Source: Paraglomus brasilianum
Lineage: Eukaryota
NCBI GenBank assembly: GCA_910592345.1
Contig: CAJVPI010000212.1
Coordinates: 1 to 42,304 of the forward strand
DNA length: 42,304 nt
Direction of reading: 5' to 3'
Shown: piece after piece, positions 23,953-35,273 of the stretch
Numbering within the stretch: the stretch's first letter is position 1
How the letters are laid out: every line of letters starts with the position of its first letter
Made by a program: the position numbers and the translations under genes
The notes under the pieces: generated by a model
What the model was told of the DNA's origin: nothing
Database searches by the model: none
Seen by the model: only the letters and a program-made list of their open reading frames with translations

Positions 23953-25423
23953 GATCAGTCAATAGAAGTTTATTCATCTGTAATAAAAATCAGCATTAAT
24001 TTTATGTCAAAAAATTCATGATACAACAACTAGAATTGTTTCCCGCCCAATAAACTGGAATACTATTTTATGTATATGACCCAGTCGTGACGATGCATCA
24101 ATATTCTTAGGATGATCTAGGCATATTTATGAGAAAGAGCAGTGCGTTTCTTGAGTTTTCAAAAAGGAAACACATAATGCAACTATATGACCGGGGAGCC
24201 ACTTTTAAAATATACATTTAATCCCTCTCACTATCAATATCACTATATCTAATGAAATTCAGAAAATGTCATTCCGGCCGATATTCCAAGTCACCAGAAT
24301 TGTTAAAAATCGAAGACTTAGAAATATCCATCTTCGATCAATCATACCTGCCGCTCACTGCCACTCACTGAAAACATCATAACTACACAGTGTTGATGTT
24401 CCTTGAGGCGTGATACACAAGCAGTCTTTGAACTATTCTTTGGACGGTTGTTAGAATGGGGCATCATAACACTTATAGTCTCCTGGTGCCGAATCAGGGC
24501 CTTGGTCAGTAACACCTGACCTGACTGTAATGAGACGCATCTTGTTGTAACATTATTTTCTGTACCACATAGATTCAATAAACACAATGTACGTTGGTGC
24601 ACAATAAATCTATACTTTATATACAAGTGACAGTATACTGGATGTTGTCGAATTGATAATCTAACAAACCACGTCTGCTTCTATAACAGGATGACGGTTC
24701 ATAAAAAACAAATTCTCCGTTTTTCCATCTGTGTAAATATTAATTGCCATGTTTAGTTAGAACAGTTGTATCGTTACCATTTTGAGCCAATGGTTTTTGT
24801 AGAATATCTCAAAAGTAAACATCTTTCTTTCAGTTGCGTTTTCCAATACAATCGAACTATTGGACTCTCGCACAATCATTACTAATAATGGGTGAAAAAT
24901 GTTCACTTAAAAGATTCGCTAGTTGGAAATGTATACGCCAACTTACTACGCTGAACTATCCGATCGTTTGAGACTGTCAAGAAAGGTTGTGCCGAATCCG
25001 AACCAAAATTGTAATTCCAACAGTCGTAGCGGAAGCGTCTGCGCGTAGCTTCAGAGAAAACCCTAGATGCAGCCTGTGAACAGGCTAAAAGATCGAGGGT
25101 TGATAATAACTTGTCGCGTCAAACAGTTTAAAGACTTGAAGGGCGTGATTGAAAAGAAGGAAATGGTGAACAAGTTGACCTTTTAATGCGAGATACCACC
25201 AATTGCAGAAATGTGGTAAGAAAAAAAGAAATTGGCCGTGAATCAAGAGAGAATGAAATGACGATACCAAATGACAAAACCAAATCTCTGCATAAACCCT
25301 TACATTTATTCAATAGATTTGTATCTCGGTCACTCATACTCCCTTATTTATTCCATCCTTTTTTTGATTTTGAATTTTTTTCCGTTTTTTTTTTTCCTCT
25401 TTTCGCTTTTTCTTTCATGCTGA

Positions 25424-26459
25424 TCATTTAACATTGATTCCCTTCTTCATCTGTGCCATACGGCATTTCAGGTTCCTGTATGGATCATATCCTCTCCTCT
25501 TACAAAGCATTCCGTTAGAAGAAGGTGCAAACGTGACACCTCCGCGAATGCCATCCAGACACGGAATCTCTCCACTATCCGGTTCATAATATACGATCCT
25601 CTTGTCCTTATAATCGAGGCTCTTACCGAATATTGGCGCGCTCCATTTAACAACCAATTTAGCTGCTCGTTTCGTTATATCCGCATCGTTGCGGGGATGC
25701 TCTTCATAGAAATGCACTATTCTACCAATTCCCGATCGTCGTAAGAGTTCAATAGACATGGGAACCTGGCGATACACGTCGATAAGTATACACAGCATCA
25801 AAGAGATTCTCACAATATAACCAAAAAATCAAATCCTAATCATAGATACCCTCTCTAGAACTTCAAATAGACCCTTCTGGATAGAAATGTTAGGAAGAGA
25901 TGCATCAGGCAATGGTTCTAACCATGTTCTTATTGATTCCAATATATTGTTTTCTAGTAGAGGCTCTAGCATGTTTGCCTTCTTGAGAAGCCATGTCACA
26001 TCGTCAACATGTTCGAGTTTCTTTACTGCTGGTTTCTTTTGATTGTTAAGTGTAATATCTTGGCCTGCTGCAGATATCATTAGAGAATACAGTCGTCGAG
26101 CTTCTTCATTACGACGATCCTGGAAGAAACATTAACGTTCAAACATGAATAGCTTGACACACGACAGGGTTACTGAACGATAATACAATTTAGAGGCATA
26201 CATTCTTACGTCTCCTACGTCTACACGAAACTGCCTTTAGTGCCTCGCCAAAGTTTCTGTCCACCCGGCGTACGATTCCTGCAAATGAACAATGTTGATC
26301 TCGATTTCGAACTAAAGAGACACGTAATACATGTTAGTAATAATAGAATAGCTCACTGTCTTGACCGAGATCTGGTTCTCCCAAGTCGGACAAGTCGTTG
26401 TCGTCACTTTCACTTGATCCATGTTTGTGAAGCTCCGACAGCTCAGGTGCAGGTGACAT
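25424..26459 (-). CDS. SPN1: Transcription elongation factor Spn1/Iws1; exons 26459-26357, 26311-26202, 26119-25850, 25765-25424; about 274 aa
   Basis: Motifs: KPAVKKL, IRTWLEPLPDASLPNISIQ, LRRSGIGRIVHFY, AAKLVVKWSAPI (TFIIS-N/IWS1 domain), plus an acidic N-terminus SESDDNDLSDL. Splice phases are consistent. Confidence 0.88.
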
Positions 26460-26799
26460 TATGTTTTAACTATGTGAGACGCGTTAAGAGAGAGTGCTGA
26501 CCCTGAGGGTGCACGGGGTCAAATTTATGTGTTACATCCAACCGTTGGATGTTATTTTTGGTTGGTAAATCTAATTCTTTGACCTGCATACATAATGAAT
26601 GGACCAATGAAATTTTACGCAAGCTTGTTACTAATACTGAATTGGTAATTAGAGCACGCGCGGTGATGTTTACTAATCGTTGAAGAATGGAATTAGCAAC
26701 ATATTACTATGTCATACCATTTGACACCACATAACAACTACTTAATCAGCTTTAGTTATCCCTTGGACTAGACTGTTTCGATGGCATTCTACCTCGAAT

Positions 26800-28057
26800 C
26801 AGTCGTAATCCAGTCATAATATCTGTACACCTTTAGTGTTCAATCGTAGGTGTAAACAAATAAAGAACGCAAAACTCCAGTCATAATATCTTATATTAAA
26901 TTGCTATTGAACTGCCTATCTCTAAAAGGCGGTTCAATAGCGGCCATCAAATGCATAATAATACCAAAAGGATATGTGTCTGATTCCCTTGTGAATATGC
27001 AAGTATGAAAGACTTCTGGTGCAATGCCTCGAATAGTTGAATGTGGCTCGCGCGAATTCACTGACCAAGATCACATATGGGTGAACTTATATAATGCATA
27101 TCATTATGCTAATGTAAACCTATGTTTCTGCCATGAAGATCACAATGCACCAATCCTCAAATGCAGTAATTTCTTCTTCCACGTCAATATTTTGATCCAA
27201 ATAAGACAAAAGACTACCATTGTTAGCATGCTGCATAACAATCATGTCTACTATTTTGTTTGTCACTCCACAAATTTTAAGGAAAGTCAAAACGCAGACA
27301 CTTGGCATGATTTCTGAACTATTAAATAAATTCAGATTAAATGTTGTGTTGGTTAATCGTACAAGTACAATAGTTTTTGGCATATCTTTTCTGACTTGCC
27401 GTTATTTGGCAGTATAAACTGTTCCATAACCACCAATTCCAATCTGTTCAATTTCACCAAGTCGGTATACTGCGTATATTATACATCTTCGTTAATCTGC
27501 TATATTGGCGCTTTACATTTGAAACAAAATACATTGGGTTCTAATTGCTTTGTACACACCAGACATAATCCGGCCTTATGTCGCTCCTTTATTAGATAAA
27601 CATTCGTGGTATGAATATTTGATAGTCACCTTGTAATTGAGATTCTTAATAAACTCATCGAGTTGATTATGTCCACAAATGCACCACACAGAACTACATA
27701 ATAACAATAACAATGGCCAAATTGCTCATCAGCAACCACGTAATTGTTATCTTCATACTTGGTATGAGTTTATTGCGATAGTAAAGCCATGTGGAACACC
27801 GTCTAAATTGACTGGACTCGTTAAATAGACTATTGTACTCGTACTTTCTGGCAAACTCGCTCATAAATGTTGCTGTACATTTGCCATCATGTCCAAGTAA
27901 TAACAGCACTTTGTTATCATCCCCTGTTTGTGCATAGCTGATTGTTTGATCAGCAGCATTTTAACTTGACTCTATGCTAGTAAAGTTTGAATAAATCCAT
28001 TTAAAACCATAACCTTCGCTGTTTAACAAGCTGTTGATTATCAGAAGCTCTGGCATT
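26800..28057 (-). pseudogene. Decayed protein kinase gene, related to 15432-17345; boundaries approximate
   Basis: Fragments IGIGGYGTVYTAK, ICGVT..MIVMQHANNGSLLSYLDQN, IAPEVF..FTRESDTYPFGIIMHLMAAIEPPFRDR. The N-terminal SQFRRCSTWLYYRNKLI resembles NQFRRYKSWLKERNKLI of the other pseudogene. Many stops and frameshifts. Confidence 0.72.
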
Positions 28058-30907
28058 TTTTTGAGTATTAAGACTGCGCTTTTATGTGCCACATTACTTC
28101 TGATCTGCATCACGGAAAAACTTATGCCGGAGAAGCGAAAGTCTAATGCTTGCCATTTTCGCTCAGAGACGAAGTGTTCCTCCTCCTATTTAACGATTTA
28201 AGAAATGTAAAGGGATAATTTACTCAAAAATTATGTTTACAATATGTACTTGATTGCACCCTCCCCCCACCTGTTCCTCCTCCCAGCCCTACTCCCAAAC
28301 CCCAGCCTACTCATTTGCATGTCAGAAATTAGTTATATATGTGTATTACATATAACTTTCTTGATCCGTTCTCAATTACATTTAAAATCAGTGCAACCAA
28401 TGTACTGTAACTAACTACTAACACACACTACTTATTTCAGTGGCTGACTTTTATTCATCAAGTCGTATTTATCTTATCAAATATGGCAACTTTTGATTAA
28501 ATCAATAATGTTTTATGTCGCGTACAAAGAGTTTTTTACTGACGCTGTCCATAATTTAGTAAGGCATAAAAAGCAACAGCTTCAATATATCAAAGACATT
28601 AACCAGCTTTCTTGAATTTAATAACCGTGCTTGTATCATCGATTCCGTGTCACTTATGTCATAATACTAGATTTATTTTGTTTTTTGGTTCAATAAATAC
28701 CATCGTACGATAGTAACGCTCTTAATGAAAAACGAGTGCGCTGTTTAGTTTGGATAAACCAATTGAACTTTCTATCGAAAATTCTGTCTGTATCAAAAGA
28801 AAATATCCGCTTAAGAAAGACATAAATTTTCTATCCATTCAGAAGCTATTCATCAAAAACAGAATTGAGAACAAAAAAGTACTCTGACTTTGCTTGACAA
28901 TATCTACTGACGTGTAAACAAATTTTCAATAAACATATGCATATTCTCCAATAAGTTATTGACGTCTGCCTAATTGTGCGGTTATGTGAGCTGTTGTTAA
29001 TCAGGCGGGCCGTGAGAATCATCAGGCGAAGGGGAGCGGAAGGTTCCAATCTTAAGAGTTATGTAAACCCAGCTTATCTGAATCCGATGTCAAATGAGCG
29101 CGCAATAAGATGGACACTCTCACTTCCGTTACACCAACATTCTCAGACTTTGCTAAGATAGATTACGTTCGATATACAACGTAATAGTAACGATTAATCT
29201 CATTGATTAAATAATTGTTGTCTTATCATTACCAAATTGGGTTGGCATTTGTAACATGATGCAATAATCCTGCATGCATGTTGGCACATATTAATATGCA
29301 GTAAAACAATTTTTGCCCGTGCATATCATATCGTGTTACCCAAATCCTTTGTTTCGGAGATATTACGGAGTTGGCGTAAACATACCAAATTTATGGGATT
29401 GTCAATCAAATGCGGTCCCTCCTGTGACACAATCTTTGGTAAATATTGTCCATAATATTTTCGTTACGAAAAAATTTTAGTTCATTCAGTTAGTCTAATA
29501 TTCTTCTCAACCACTTTCACTATGTTGTAATCATCCACGATTTATCCCTTCTCTAGCTTATTGGTAGATTCACAAATACTGACAGATCGAAAGTCAATCT
29601 TATTCGACAATAATTGACAAGGTTTATAATTGTTAATATAGTTAAAGGGGTAACTAGCTCAATGCAATGTTTAATAATAACACTTTGCAACTTATTTTAT
29701 GTTTAGCGTTTCAATTACAGATTTAAAGTAATAGTGCTCCGACATCCGTAATAACAAAGACTATATAACTCATTACATATTATTGATAGCGTCTCTCCCC
29801 TTATGCAGCAATACAATCTCTGCGGGGGACAAATTTAAAACCGGCGGAGCACTCATTGCATGTTCAGAGGAATGCCTGACTATGCACAGTATCCCTTTAG
29901 TATAGAGTTGACATTTCCGTCGATTACACAAGATATGGCGCATTTCTAGTTGACAGAATTAAGTAATATGCATTACTTGAATTACTAAAATTGTCTTTGT
30001 GGCTGTTAAGATAAGAACTATAATAACAATCATTAGCCAATAAAATTAACTTTATTATTATAGTATTAAAAACTAAGTTATCAATATTACCGTTCTTAAA
30101 CATTTTATCTTTGTATTGTCTGCATTCCAAATGAAATCGAATAATAAAATCGGGTGCCAAAGCTCATTATTTAGCTATTGTCTGCTGATATAAACATTTA
30201 GAGCGAGAACATTTATTGGCTTCGGAATGACAGTATTTAATGCATGTTTATAGAAACGTAAGGAAGGAATTGACTGTACATTACTTTGTGGGTTAAACTT
30301 TACTACTTTACGCTAACTTGGATAGAAATCCATGAAAGCAGTTTTTTAGAGTATCTGTCAGATGACCATCGTAGATAAGAACATGACAATGAGACAATAC
30401 TAAATGTTAATATTAAGATTACTACACCTATTTTCATATAAATGTTTATGGCGTTTTAGTTTACCTGTCTATCACAACAAGCATTCTGCATCACATGAAT
30501 GCTGCAGGGCTTCGTTTTTGTTTCATGAAATTAATTTTAACAATCATTGTTCCGTGACAACATTAACCGAAAATAAGCTAAACAATAGTATTTACGATTA
30601 CATAATTGCAACAATTGGCAACGTGCATACGGCTAGGAATATGACCTGCAGAGTGCCACAAATATTAATGTATTGTCGACTGAGAGAGATTGAAAGAGGC
30701 ATTGGAGCACGTCAAATATTGTTCTTTGTTGAGACCACGGTAATACGATATTGTCAAATTGAACGATATGACATCAAGCTAATTGTTCGAACATAAGAAC
30801 AATAGCTATGCCAGAACCATCTGGTATTTGCTTATAAATATGGCCTTTCTATCTGCTCTTTTCATCATCGCCTAGCGAGCTGAACAACACATAAAATCAT
30901 ATAAATT

Positions 30908-31090
30908 GTTCAAAGCACACAAGTCCAAAATCCAAACAGTTCAAACGACTTCACACGAATTCAAAAAATAGTTCAAAGCACACAAATCCAAAATTCAAAC
31001 AATTCGAACGACTTCAAACAAATTCAAATAAATCCAAACGCCCCAAACAAATTCAAACAAATTCAAACAAATTTCAAACAATTCAAAAAT
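30908..31090. repeat. 63-bp tandem duplication running into a degenerate (ttcaaacaaa)n low-complexity tract
   Basis: gttcaaagcacacaa.tccaaaat.caaaca at 30908 and 30971, followed by units of about 10 bp. Confidence 0.8.
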
Positions 31091-34000
31091 TTGACATGGA
31101 TGGAAATAACGCTCAGAACGATATCCTCGCCGCTATCATGGAAACCCTTCAAAAGGTCAAGAATTACGGTTCCAATCCACATGACGGTCCAGCTGGCAGC
31201 AACTGTTCGATTATGTAGACTACGTCTCTAAAACAATCAACTGGATATTGAAGAAAGCTTACCAAATTTTATATTCTACTTCTCGATGTCTCCGAGGAGT
31301 TAATTATTGTTATCTTAATATTTAATATTTAACTAATTGAGCCTAATGCATGTCATGTAAAACAAATATTCACTATTTTTGTAATTAACTTGAAAGGTTT
31401 TTTTTACTATTACGATTATTTTAATAAACATATATTTGAAAAAAGACCATCTAAACTACATTTTGTATGAGTGTCATTATCCTAGCAATTGCTCATGTCA
31501 ATGAAAAACAAAAATTGGCTCAAAAGATATCTATCGTAGACGAATTAATAAGCAATACGTAAAACTTTGACCCACTCCTCTTTACCAGATCAATCAACAT
31601 TTCCCCCGACTCAACCTTTCTAACTGAAAAAAGCATCTTATTTATAGATGTCTTAGAACAACCAGTAAAATTGGCTGCCGAGAAAATTGATTGTAGAACC
31701 TGACATTAACAGTATCGATCTCGTGACCTCGATCAAAATTCCTACGTTCGTTATATTGCATAGCCAAGATTATATTCATTTCTGGTGACTTTACTCTATC
31801 CAAGTCTTATTCTCTCAAGGCAATATAATTTGACTACGCTAACAAATAAACTATTATTTAAAACAAAATATCATCAAGCACAGTCAAACTCTTTTAAATG
31901 CATCTCAAAAAATTCGGGGCGGAAAATTTCTTTATCTTAGAGTGACTTTATCTTATCGAGTTTGACTATTACTATGTATTTCTCCACCATTCATTGCTTA
32001 GAGTGATCGTACGTTTACCACGTACCAATATTCAACCAAGTTTTATAACAAACAAGTATTAACATTCACGTTTCAACAATAATGAGGATTCGATTTCGTA
32101 AAGCACCCGTTGATCATGATGTTTTTATTAAAGGACATGATACAATATATATTAAGAGTCTAAATGCATAAATCCTCTAAGTGCATACACCCTTTGAATG
32201 CATATGCAATCGATTTTTATAATCTTACATAATATTCTAAATGCATATCACGTGACGTATTATATCAATTTTTTTATGCCTTCTTGTCGATAACATTTGT
32301 CTTTTCCAAACAGTTCAACTTCCTCCAACATAGTCTCAAACTGTCATCAGTGGCAGAAGGATAATCCAGGCGGAAGTTGTTATTGAACCGCATCGAATAT
32401 TGAAGGGGATTCAATTTTTTCTCAAACATTTGAATTATGTTTTGCATACTAGCCTGTTTTCTACTCTTAAGATTCGGCATCGCATAATTCAGTAATATAA
32501 AATGAGCCATTACGGTATGTTTGATGGTGGGAGAATAAATGTAAGACAAGAAACATTTCATGAATTAGATGACATGGATAAGTAACAATACATGTATACG
32601 CCGTTTTCGTTCTAAGAAGCGTAACCTTTATGTAACCAATTTCCAAAGACAAGACTTCATTTGATAGTAAATTAATAAGAAATTCGATGAGCTTACAGTG
32701 TTGCCGCATTGACTTTTGCCAAGCCAAAAAAAAGTGTGTTTTCGGAAATATGTTTTCACGCCTCCACCATAAAACCTTTCCAATTACTCCCCCCCCGACA
32801 GTTTATTTCCGAAAAATATTTTAAAGTTATCTTTTGTCGGTACAAGCAAGCAATGCGTAACGTGTTTTAATCTACAGTCCCCGGCACAAATAATGGCGGT
32901 GACAATCGTATTTAAAGTTTTTATAAAAATTCAACACAAAAATCGGTTATCTGTTATTATAGTGATATGTAAACGTATCATTACTTTTCTTATTTACTTG
33001 ATATGTCAGGCATGATTAAAAATACCCTTGTCTTTGTATTTGCATTTCAATAATCTCAGTGAGATTTGGATTGACCATAAACTTATAATAACAGTCTCAA
33101 ATCTACTATAAGATGTTCGCGCTTTTAGACTTGTTAATTAAAGTTTAGAAGATTACAAGTCGAAAAATATAATTTATTTTCAAAAGTATATGTCAAGCGT
33201 ATACATAACGAACTTCGTCAGGTGAGTATCCAAAAGAAATTATGTTTGTCAGTGAGTATTCAAAGAATTTTATCAGATGAAAATTTACACAAATAGTAAT
33301 AGTAAAATGGTGAGCATACACTGCTCCGCATAAAAAATAAACCTCATTTCATCTCAAATAAAATTTCGAATCGCTTCTGTCGACAAGTAAATGCCGTGTA
33401 AAGTCGCCCTCTTATAAAATTGCACTGGCGGACCCGAGACTGAAGGAGTTTGTGATAGAAATGCTGTCCGATCGTTGGAATAGAAAAATGAAATTCAATG
33501 AAATAAAATGAATAGAATAGAATAAAGAAAGTAGTATAGTTATAAGATTGAGCCCCAACTTTACTGCATGAAGCTAACCATTTGGAGCGAAAAATCAGCT
33601 TAATACGGACTAGCACAGAAAAATGATATGTTGACACCAAATGAGATCAGCTGACCTACGAAAACATGGAAGCAAAATTATAATAATGTTAAAAAAAATG
33701 ATCATCTTCACCCGACACCGGGTTGTAGACAGTATTGCCAGGGAGGTAAGCTGGTGAGAGCACTCACAGTAACGCAACGTCCTCAAGAATAATCGCCTTC
33801 CGACAATTATTGGCAGTTAATCATTTATCTCTTTATAGTGATAAAACAAAAGATGTTAAACAGTTCTGAAATCGCTAGTGAACGAAATCTTATTATCCTT
33901 CGAGATAATAAGCTCTTACACGTAATGCTCTAACACAAGTGCACTAAACAAACATCTCTGGTAATCGTATCGACAGAGTCGGGAAGCCTCTATTTGATAA

Positions 34001-34744
34001 AAGTGATCGATAGTTGTTCATCGATTTACTCTGGCTTGGCAAATATGGTTGCTATTTAATTGCGAAACGCGCGTTATATTTACCCTTGTCCCACTTATAC
34101 TATTAGTCTAATCCCGCTAATAGTAATCGATGTTAAATAGTAAGCCTTTGCAGTCATTTCAAAATGATCATGAATTACTATAAAACGTTAAGTTCTTTTT
34201 TATTCCAAAAACAAAAAAGTTGCGGGGGGCTACGTTTATGGTTAAACCAAGTTTTATTATTAATGAAAACTCAAATCTATAACTTGTAGCTTGTTTGGTC
34301 GTCGTTACATAATGTGATATCTTAACATCTTTTATTGGTTAGTACCTACCATCAGTGTTTTCTTTAATTGTTTTATTGATTGTATCAAATATATAAAAAT
34401 TATGTAGCCTGCATATAGTTTAACCAATTATGGCTTTTTCGTTAAAATAAATTTATGATATAGCTAGTCGACTCACCAATCAGGGCAGGGCAATGTGCTT
34501 TCACATCCCCAATCTTGGCAATACCTTAACGAACGAATAGATTGTACACAAATGAATGGACAGCTTTATTAGTAACAAGAATCGCTTTACAACCTTTTCC
34601 CAACACAGGCGAGAATAGATCTTATGTATGACAGCTCGTTGACGCTCAAATGCTTTGTTCACCAAGCAACGCAATATAATAATAAACAAATTGTATAAAT
34701 ATGTTATAAGAGTATTCCCCCAATGGCCATAGAACGATTTTTTC

Positions 34745-34808
34745 GACTGAGCTTGGATCTTAGTCAATAACACAGAACAATTTCCTTGACTGAGCTTGGG
34801 TCTTAGTC
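34745..34808. repeat. Two copies, 43 bp apart, of a 21-bp quasi-palindrome GACTGAGCTTGG(A/G)TCTTAGTC
   Basis: Copies at 34745-34765 and 34788-34808, about 105 bp upstream of the ATG at 34914. Confidence 0.8.
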
Positions 34809-34913
34809 GGTAATACAAGTGTCAAATTCTCACAACTTTGTCGCTTGGTTTTCTCGATCCCCCTAATCCGCATCTACTCTAAACTCAAAGACCTTCCTGA
34901 TAATATCCAACAA

Positions 34914-35273
34914 ATGACCAAGCTAATCTGTTTAACTTTTATTGCCTTCGCCATTATTGCACTTGCAACTGCCATTATGTCGATGCCACTCCCAGTCGAT
35001 GAAAGGTAAATGTTATATCGAGATCAAAAATAGAAGAGAGAAAGGAAATTTTCAATGCTTCGAGTAATTGGTGAATCTCTTAATGCTACTACTAAGATTA
35101 TAACTTACGTTTGTCTCGTACTCATCAAACTTTATAAAACCAAAAGTATCGCGCCGCAGGATCGCCACCGAGGGCATTGCCACATGTGGTGTCTTCCTTA
35201 CGGTAATGGACCCATAGGAATAACAAATGACGTTATTCCAAAAACCGACAAATCTATTGATGATGCAAACTAA
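34914..35273 (+). CDS. Putative small secreted peptide, 2 exons (34914-35005 and 35147-35273, 72 aa; alternative acceptor at 35159)
   Basis: Exon 1 encodes MTKLICLTFIAFAIIALATAIMSMPLPVDE, which looks like a signal peptide, and ends at AG|GTAAAT. The AAG acceptor gives SIAPQDRHRGHCHMWCLPYGNG...DAN*. AAG acceptors are also used in TOP2 in this window. Confidence 0.55.

Noticed and set aside
26903..26941. 15-bp-stem hairpin resembling a terminator
   Set aside because: Lies inside the kinase pseudogene's coding remnant (AAIEPPFRDRQFNS) in a eukaryote, so there is no basis for a terminator call.
31465..31990. Fragmentary + strand coding-like sequence starting MSVIILAIAHVNEK
   Set aside because: Possibly a decayed hypothetical gene, but many stops and no family I can name with confidence.
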